A DNA stretch of 64,000 nt from Octopus vulgaris (Eukaryota): assembly GCA_951406725.2 (NCBI GenBank), contig OX597824.1, forward strand, positions 78,616,001 through 78,680,000, read 5' to 3'. How positions within the stretch are numbered: position 1 is the first letter of the stretch; every line of letters begins with the position of its first letter. Under the pieces are notes generated by a model. The model saw only the letters and a list, made by a program, of their open reading frames with translations, had not been told where the DNA came from and did no database searches. This document shows positions 54,927 to 64,000 of the stretch, piece by piece. The position numbers were made by a program, and so were the translations under genes.

Positions 54927-55064
54927 GAAGTAAGCACATAAATGTGAACGAAGGTGGCAAAAAAGAGTACTCAAATACCAGAGGTAGAGTAATATGCTTT
55001 ATTTAAAAGCAGCAGAAACTCTGAGTAACAGCTTTTGTTATATTTCTGCTGTTTTTAAATAAAG
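54927..55064 (-). mobile_element. family P1 fold-back insertion, reverse orientation, short arms
   Basis: Tail (gagtactcaaataccagaggtagagtaatatg) plus ctttatttaaaagcagcagaaa / tttctgctgtttttaaataaag; (TA)n on both sides. Confidence 0.75.
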
Positions 55065-55206
55065 TATATATATACATATATGTGTGTGTGTTTGTGTTTG
55101 TGTGTGTGTATGTATATGTATGTATGTATGTATATATATGTATGTATGTATGTATATGAGTTTATGTATTATATATGTGTATATATACATACTTATATAT
55201 ATATAA

Positions 55207-55276
<70 letters not shown>

Positions 55277-55733
55277 GTTTTGTCATTATTTCCTGTGACT
55301 CTATTACACTAGGTATTTCTTCATCTCAGTCAGTCTTATCAAACTTCTGATGTTTTCAGCTGTTGTTAGTAATTCATTTTGATTGGTGTTTTCCCAAATA
55401 GCTTTTCAATTATAAATTGTAGTAGACTGCTAATAAAATATGTAGCAATTATGTACGAATGTATGTATGTCTGTATGCATGAGCGTGTGTATGAGTATAG
55501 GTATAGGATGAATCTATACATTCAGGCAACAATATGTGTATGAATGGCTGTATGCATGTATGTATGTATGTATGTATGTATGTATGTATGTATGTATGTA
55601 TGTATGTATGTATGCTACTGTGTTTAAGTATGTTAGAATGTATTACGTATGTATTTTTCTATACAGGTATGTATATGCATATGTATATATATATATGCAT
55701 ATATACATAATCATACATACATATATAAATAAT

Positions 55734-55779
<46 letters not shown>

Positions 55780-55845
55780 CCACACCATAGGCACTTGTAA
55801 GACTATATAATGTATATATATACATATACATATATATATATATAC

Positions 55846-55915
<70 letters not shown>

Positions 55916-55961
55916 ATATGTATCTTATATAGTCTCAAGTGCCTCATTCTCTCCCTCTCTC

Positions 55962-55995
<34 letters not shown>

Positions 55996-56899
55996 CATGC
56001 AGGCATTTAGTTGGAGTGCTTCTTTCACTTGTTCACCTACTAATATAGTTATAAACGAACGTCAAATGATGATGTGGATATATCTGTGTGTGCTGTGTAT
56101 ATATATATGGATATATATTGATATGTTTGTATGTATGCGTGTATGAATGTATGTATGTATGCATGTATGTATGTATGCATGTATGTATGTATGTATGTAT
56201 CTATGTATCTATGTATCTATGTATGTATGAATGTATTTATGTATGTATATATGTATGTATGAATGTATGTATGTATGTATGTATGTATGTATGTATGTAT
56301 GTATGTATGTATGTATGTATGTATGTATGTGTGTATGTCCACTCACAAACTACATATTATATGGGAAACAGCAGGGTTTTTTTTTTTTATTTGCCCTGAA
56401 GAAATGGCTGTGATCTATTTCTCTCTTATTTTCCTGATTTATTTATTTGCAATTTCGCATGGATTCTATGCAGTTCGTTTGGAAATGAAGAATTCCAAGA
56501 TCCACCATCAACTATTGATAATGTCGGCAATGCTGACATCATAATGCAACGATAATATAAACATTCACTAACCGCAAACACGATAGTATGTATTAATTAC
56601 AAACTGGAAAAATCATTTCGGTGATAAGCTATAAATTTAACGGTCCAAAATTCATATTCCAGCAGTAATGCTTACACTAATTACATTGGTGCTATTTACT
56701 AATAAAGAGACAGCAACGGATGATAGCTTCACTTAATTTTGAAGAGAAGACTGCTTAGACCTAGCCTAGGAACTATGATTGATGGATTTGCAAAGGCTGC
56801 GACTCCAATCACAAAGCGACGAACACACATGGCAATACAGAGAACAAAATGAACAGAAAAGTAAAACACACCAACAAAATATCTTGATAAATAATATAT

Positions 56900-57280
56900 A
56901 CTCTTTTACTCTTTTACATGTTACATGTTTAGTCGAGCAAATCGACCCCAGGACTTATTCTTTGTAAGCCTAGTACTTATTCTATCGGTCTCTTTTGCCG
57001 AACCGCTAAGTTACGGGGACGTAAACACACCAGCATCGGTTGTCAAGCGATGTTGGGAGGACAAACACAGACACACAAACACATACACACATACATATAT
57101 ATATATATACATATATAGGATGGGCTTCTTTCAGTTCCCATCTACCAAATCCACTCACAAGGCTTTGGTCGGCCCGAGACTATAGTAAAAGACACTTGCC
57201 CAAGGTGCTACGTAGTGGGACTGAACCCTGAACCATGTGGTCGATAATCAAGCTACTTACCACACAGCCACTCCTACGCC
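56900..57280 (-). mobile_element. SINE A with 3' internal deletion
   Basis: Family match. Confidence 0.85.
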
Positions 57281-58305
57281 TTCCTATGGCAAGAAAAAGT
57301 TGTGTTTTGAAATATGACTTTGTTGCCCACTCTATCTCTGCCAGTCAGAGCCCTCATTTAAGCAATGTCTGAACAACCACAGTTCTTCTTTAGGGTAACA
57401 GATTGGCACATCACGTATGACTCTGAAAAGAGGAAAGGGCCCAATACATAATTAAATGAAAACTTTTTAAACAACTGGGTAATTATATTATTGTAGTATC
57501 GCCACTGTTTATGACGATACTTGTTTACACTATAACCGTGTAATAACAATAAAATAAAATAACAATAAAATATATAACGAAGCAGGGTAACAACATAACA
57601 ATCCAACAAACTTTCCACGAACTATACACGAACGATATTCCAACCAACTACCAAAGCAGCACCTTGCGACTTCCCGCGATTAACGCCTACTTTCTCTGTT
57701 TCTCACTCAGACCGCCACTATTTAGAATCGTTCGGTCAAGCCAATTCTCGCAAGGGGTGTCGTGACTCTCACCACAGCTTTGCAAGCTTTGTTTGGCAGG
57801 AAGTGCAAGAATCCTAAAAAATATGTTCCACCCGGGACCTTATTAAACTCCAGGAGAGAAGTATTTAGTCAATGACCTCATCTGATATATTTTCTACTAC
57901 AAACTTGGAATTCCCTATTCATTGAATAGGCTCACAGCAGCTTCTTCCAATATCACCACGGCTGTAACCAATGTAAGGAGGATAACTCCGTCCCGCCTGC
58001 GACACCTACACTGACAATTTCGTTTTGGTTTACAAACCTAACTGACCGTGATGTATATTTTTCCTCAACCAGAAGAAGAGGGTAAGTGCTTTCAGCCATT
58101 TGAGTCTCATTAGTGGCATATACGGCTAAGCGCTTTATAGGTACGAAACCAATGTACACTCTATGACCGGCCATAACGATTAAATTCCTAAAAAAAACAA
58201 TATTACTGCTCTAATGTTTTAGAGTGTGCTTCCTTTTCGGATATATGAACTACAGATGATGTATAAATATATGTGTGTGTGTGTATGTATGTATATAATA
58301 TCCGT

Positions 58306-58660
58306 AGCCATTTTAACATGCCTGTCCGATCGAACGGACTCTACTACGATTTTTAATCCCAAGGGGACATCTCCTCCGGCTGGTTTACGATGCACAGCTT
58401 CATCCCATAAATTGAGAGCAGGGGAGCGAACCCCTACCATCTCTAGCAGATGAGGTGTCCAGTATTGAGGAGTGGTAGAAATAGCCCGAAACCAGAACTG
58501 GTCTACCGGTCCTGTCACTAAAAGGTGGTAGGGATTCGCTCCCCTGCTCGCATGTTATCGAATGCGGCTGTGCATCGTTAACCAGCTAGAGAAGATGTCC
58601 TCTTGGAGTTAAAAAATCGCAGTAGAGTCAATTCGAACGGACAGCCATGTTAAAGTGGCT
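58306..58660. mobile_element. fold-back MITE with ~140-bp imperfect TIRs
   Basis: agccattttaacatg...gagcaggggagcgaacccctacca versus tggtagggattcgctcccctgctc...catgttaaagtggct. Confidence 0.8.
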
Positions 58661-58999
58661 TAATATTATATTATGGTTGCAAAACGAAATATAGAGTCCC
58701 AACCGAAAATTAATATTTATGTACCGGTTGCCAGGAATGTGTTTTATATATATATAGATATAAACACATATGTGTATGTATGTTTGTATTTGTATATATA
58801 TATATATATGTATTGTGTGAGTGTGTGTGTGTGTGTGTGTGTGTCTGTGTCTGTGTATGTGTGTGTCTGTGTGTGTGTCTGTGTGTGTGTCTGTGTGTGT
58901 GTCTGTGTGTGCGCGTGTGTTTGTGTCTGTGTGTGTCTGTGTGTGTGTCTCTGTGTGTGTGTGTGTGTGTGTCTGTGTCTGTGTCTGTGTCTGTGTGTC

Positions 59000-59076
<77 letters not shown>

Positions 59077-59974
59077 AGAGAGAATATGAGCTAATGCGAT
59101 AAATGATAATCGGCAATGAAAAATATCAGCTATGTCATGATTTCAAGCAAAATACTATAAAACACATGGACTGGAGTGGCTGATATGGAGAGGCAGCTGA
59201 AGTATATAATTAATACTATCAATCTTCATTCCATCACTACCGTCACCACCACCACCGCCATCGCCGTCGCCACCGCCATCGCCACCGCCGCCTTTTCCTT
59301 ATTGTATGTGTGGATGTTAATGTCCTTTATTCTGAGGCAGTTGATTTAAACAATCCCTACCACCCACTACCACCACTAACACCACCAACACCATCACTAC
59401 TACCACAATCACCTCTACCATCGCCTTCATCGCCAGCCAGTGCCTACCACCATTAGCACTACCCCTTCAGCACGTTTTGAAATTATGGTGGGTGGAGAGG
59501 AATACACACACAGAGTCACCTGCTGCATTAAATACCAATAAAACAGAAGTAATATTTAGATAAGAACGACATGGGCTATAGGCGCTCTGTGAATGAATAC
59601 AGGGAGTCGTCATAAAATATTAAAAAATCAGAGTTTTCTCCCTTACCTTCTTTGATCAGAAAATGTTTGTCCTTACCAATAAGTTTCTATTTTTGTATTC
59701 TGCTCAACTTTACTACTATGTATAAATCTAGAATACTCGAATCGTCAATACTAACGGCGATTGCTTTACTTAAACATTGTGATATTCACATTTTGCCTTG
59801 TATGCAGAAATATTCGATTTTTCCAAATTAAGGTATTAAAAGATATGTATGATGAATGAGGATGTAAACAGAAATACCAAAATAACAGAAAAATGAAGTT
59901 ATATTAATCATACCCCGAAAGGTAATTATTAATATTGATACCACCCAGAGGTGGTATCCTTATTGATACCACCC

Positions 59975-60792
59975 AGAGATGGTATCAAAAGGTTCCTGGG
60001 GTAGTTATATTTAATTAAAAAAATAACTCATGTATCTAACTTTTAACATAATCTTTTAACATAGGCGCAGGAGTGGCTGTGTGGTAAGTAGCTTGCTAAC
60101 CAGCCACATGGTTCCGGGTTCAGTCCCACTGCGTGGCATCTTGGGCAAGTGTCTTCTGCTATAGCCCCGGGTCGACCAATGCCTTGTGAGTGGATTTGGT
60201 AGACGGAAACTGAAAGAAGCCTGCCGTATATATGTATATATATATATATGTGTGTATATGTTTGTGTGTCTGTGTTTGTCCCCCTAGCATTGCTTGACAA
60301 CCGATGCTGGTGTGTTTACGTCCTCGTTACTTAGCGGTTCGGCAAAACAGACCGATAGAAAAAGTACTGGGCTTACAAAGAATAAGTCCCGGGGTCGATT
60401 TGCTCGACTAAAGGCGGTGCTCCAGCATGGCCGCAGTCAAATGGCTGAAACAAGTAAAAGAGTAAAAGAGAGAAAAGAGTAATCTGATTCGAAACAGTCA
60501 CATTGCGCGGCAATATACGTGTCCCAGTGTTCCTGCCACTTTTAGAATCCGGTCTGGAAGTCGTTTTCAGTAAGGGAGTTGAAGACCTTCTGCGATTCGT
60601 TCTGGATCTCGACAACGGTGTTAAAACGGTGGGTTTTGAACTGCATATTCATCTTAGGGAAGTCCACAGATGCTAAATCTGGCGAATAGGGCGCGAGTAG
60701 AAGCGGTACCATGTTCTTTTAGGCGAGAAACTCGCGAGTGAGGAGAGCTCAGTGACAGAGTACATTGTCGTCGAGAAGAAACCAATTCTTCG
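59975..60792 (-). pseudogene. mariner transposase 3' remnant plus probable TIR, split by SINE A (60064-60480, plus)
   Basis: KNWFLLDDNVLCH*...APYSPDLASVDF...KWQEHW...QCDCFE (60792-60484); ggtatcaaaaggttcc TIR-like sequence near 59980. Confidence 0.8.
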
Positions 60793-60969
60793 AATATATG
60801 TTTGATTACTTTTAACATGTACTATATTGAGCTCTACTATTTCCCTCATATCTCTGAAACAGCTGCAAGTCTACCTTTCTCTTTATAAATGTCCAAGAAA
60901 TTTCACACTGCCTTGGCTTTGCTGTCTCGTTTCATTTAACACATACGTGTGTGTGTGTGTTTGTGTGTG

Positions 60970-61006
<37 letters not shown>

Positions 61007-61008
<2 letters not shown>

Positions 61009-61385
61009 AGAAGAAAAATGAAATATCTTTTTATGGATAATTCGTTTAACCGATACCTGGGTAGCAAATTCACATCAGAAATAACAAGGTTGAAGTTACG
61101 TGTCTAGGGCAGAGATTACGTGTTTTCGTGTGGAAATTTTTGTGTATTTTTATAAAATTTATGAATAAATGAAAGAATGGAGTTGAACGACAAATTAACA
61201 AATTTCCTTCATTTTCGACATATGTTTCGAAGGATGCATATTCCTAATTGTGAAGCGGCATAATGCACTCCTTATTCCTTCACAATTAGGAATATGCAGC
61301 CTTCGAAACATATGTCGAAAATAAAGGAAATTTGTTAATTTGTCGTTCAACTCCATTCTTTCATTTATTCATAAATTTTATAAAA
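61007..61385 (-). mobile_element. fold-back insertion (family P5) in (TA)n with a hammerhead 3' half
   Basis: ~108-bp arms 61148-61255 and 61278-61385; GAAACATATGTC in each arm; ~140-bp tail on the left up to (TA)n. Confidence 0.7.
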
Positions 61386-61780
61386 TATATATATATATAT
61401 GTATATACATTTATCGAGTGAAAAAAACGGTATGGACGATTTGTTTTGGAGTCTCGCAATACCATGTACGCCTATGACGATTTACTTTCCCAATGAAACT
61501 CGGTTTTTTCTCAAACTTATTCTCAAACCTGTTATAATGTGATACATGTCTTTGGTGTGGTAATTGTACGCGGCTGAAGAAGGCTTTTGATCTACCTGTT
61601 ATATCAATTATGCATTGATATAAGTCGTTCAATAAAGCCCGAAACATATGTACCGCAAAATCCCTTGCGTCCTGTTTTTCTTTTGATACATATACATATA
61701 CATATACATATACTGGATAATCATCATAATCATAATTATCATTATTATCATTATCCAGTATATGTATATGTATATGTGTA

Positions 61781-61846
<66 letters not shown>

Positions 61847-61979
61847 TATACATATACATATACATATGCATATACATATACTGGATAATGATATATATTC
61901 AGTATTAATTACAGGTGTAATTGTTTTTATTCTGAAATCTTTCAACAATAATGTTTGTATTGTTTTATAGACACATACA

Positions 61980-62019
<40 letters not shown>

Positions 62020-62479
62020 GGTGTATGTGTGTGTGTGTGTGTGTCTGTGTGTGTGTGTTTGTGTGCGTGTGTGTGTGTGTGGAGGAAGAGCATTTAGCAA
62101 TTCAATTAGAGATTTTAAAAAGTAAACAATAATACGTGTAGCGTAATGGATTTTGATAATTTATTGAGCAGAATTAAGCCAAAGGGGATTTTAGATACAG
62201 TTATAATGTTTATTTGTGTGTTTTCAACAAATGGTTTTTGATCGATATCAGAGCAGCATCTTCATCATAATCATCATTATCATTGTTATCATCATTATGA
62301 GCATTACTTTCATTCTCTTCGTCTCGATGTATTCGCCATGATCATTATCATCATCATCGTCGTTGTCATCGTTGTCATTTTTTTTTCATCTTTATAAACG
62401 TTGTCATCATCATAGTCATCACAAAACAATCATCATCATCATCATCATCATTATTATTATTGTTATTATTATCGGTACA

Positions 62480-62647
62480 TCGGTATTTCGTCCGTTACTG
62501 CGTTCTGTGTTCAAATTCTGCCGAGGTCGACTTTGCCTTTCATCCTTTTGGGCTCGATAAAATAAGTGCCAGTTGAATACTGTGGTTGATGTAAGTGACT
62601 CTCCCCCCCCCTCCAAAATTTTGCCTTGTGGCAAAATTTGAAACCAT
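62480..62647 (+). mobile_element. SINE B, 5'-truncated
   Basis: ggtatttcgtcc...gcctttcatcc...aaatttgaaacc. Confidence 0.8.
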
Positions 62648-62707
62648 TATCATTATTGTTGTTGTTGTTGTTGTTGTTACTATTATTATTATTATTATTA
62701 TTATTAT

Positions 62708-63250
62708 TGAGTGAGAGAGCAGTTCATGCCATCAAAGTGACACTGGGGTAAAATATACGAAGCCCAATATACCCATCATGACTACCCGTCTGATAAAGGT
62801 ACACCAGGCACATGCATCACAACCATATGTGCCCGACATGGTTATCTCATATCAAGATAAACAGCACATGACCTTGCAGGTGGGGCCCAGTTAGAATTTT
62901 CTTCAGGTTGAGTAGCCCATCCCGCTCAAACGGTCCCTGAATAAGGATTGTTTAAGGATGTTGAAAGAACCACCCATGTTTCCAGAGGTGAACTATTCAA
63001 ACCCCAAAGAATCCCTCTCAACACATGGCTATGATGCTCCCCCACTACTTCTGCTCGTGATCAGAGATGCACATATCGTCAGCCACTAAGGGACATGCTC
63101 AACTGGTTAAGGTCAAACAACTGACAAGCAAATCTGTGGTATTGGGCAGAATATTTGCTGTAGCCCATCTTTTATACCAAGACAAAACAATGTACATGAT
63201 AACACTTCCAATCAGTTAAGATCAGAAGCCATGAGAGCCACTGCCTGGGC
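62708..63250 (-). mobile_element. family D repeat, essentially full length, in (TTA)n
   Basis: ttgagtgagagagc...ccactgcctgggc flanked by (tta)n on both sides. Confidence 0.85.
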
Positions 63251-63251
63251 A

Positions 63252-63300
<49 letters not shown>

Positions 63301-63329
63301 GTTATTATTATTATTATTATTATTATTGT

Positions 63330-63624
63330 TATTATTATTATTATTATTATTATTAACATTTATAGGATTGCGGTGACTCCTCCGGAAAATATAGAAGCAA
63401 AAAAAAAAAAGAAGAGTGCCATTGTTATCTGAGTTCGAATTCCACCGAGGCCGACTTTACCTTTCTTCCTTTCGGGGGTTGATTGAATAAGTACCAGTTA
63501 CGCACTGGGGTCGATGTAATCGACTTAATCCCTTTATCTGTCCTTCTTTGTCCCCTGCGTTTAGCCCCTTGTGGACAATAAAGAAATAACAATAATAATA
63601 GTAATAATAATAATAATAATAATA

Positions 63625-63678
<54 letters not shown>

Positions 63679-63693
63679 GTTGTTGTTGTTGTT

Positions 63694-63777
<84 letters not shown>

Positions 63778-64000
63778 GTTATTATTATTATTATTATTAT
63801 TATTAACATTTATAGGATTGCGGTGACTCCTCCAGAAAATATAGAAGCAAAAAAAAAAAAGAAGAGTGCCATTGTTATCTGAGTTCGAATTCCACCGAGG
63901 CCGACTTTACCTTTCTTCCTTTCGGGGGGTTGATTGAATAAGTACCAGTTACGCACTGGGGTCGATGTAATCGACTTAATCCCTTTATCTGTCCTTCTTT
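63330..64000. repeat. 450-bp-period tandem duplication containing a SINE B fragment
   Basis: aacatttataggattgcggtgactcc... at 63355 and 63805, nearly identical. Confidence 0.9.

Noticed and set aside
57640-58200. Complex sequence that may be a decayed retroelement or exon (also 2050-2420)
   Set aside because: No recognisable motif in any frame by eye

Overview
AT-rich, microsatellite-saturated eukaryotic DNA with no recognisable host protein-coding exon, so probably intergenic or deep intronic. The SINE repertoire and repeat style suggest an octopod cephalopod (my inference, not verified). Almost all ORF-track entries are translations of simple repeats. The real content is mobile DNA: three tRNA-derived SINE families (one with the MetaSINE core), R4/Dong-like and HERO-like RLE retrotransposon remnants, CR1, RTE and Tx1/L1-like LINE remnants, mariner/maT remnants, several MITEs and two Penelope-like (GIY-YIG) 3' ends. 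The most striking pattern is a set of short fold-back palindromes from at least five unrelated sequence families, almost all sitting in (TA)n tracts. They share the layout inverted arm / direct arm, usually followed by an unpaired tail, and most carry whole or partial minimal type I hammerhead-ribozyme motifs of the kind known from Penelope-like pseudo-LTRs. Other highlights are a CR1 3' end matching the tail of the commonest SINE with compensatory stem changes, a SINE that repeatedly inserts into itself at one site, and a 34-bp minisatellite derived from a SINE segment. Coordinates were read by eye and may be off by a few bases.
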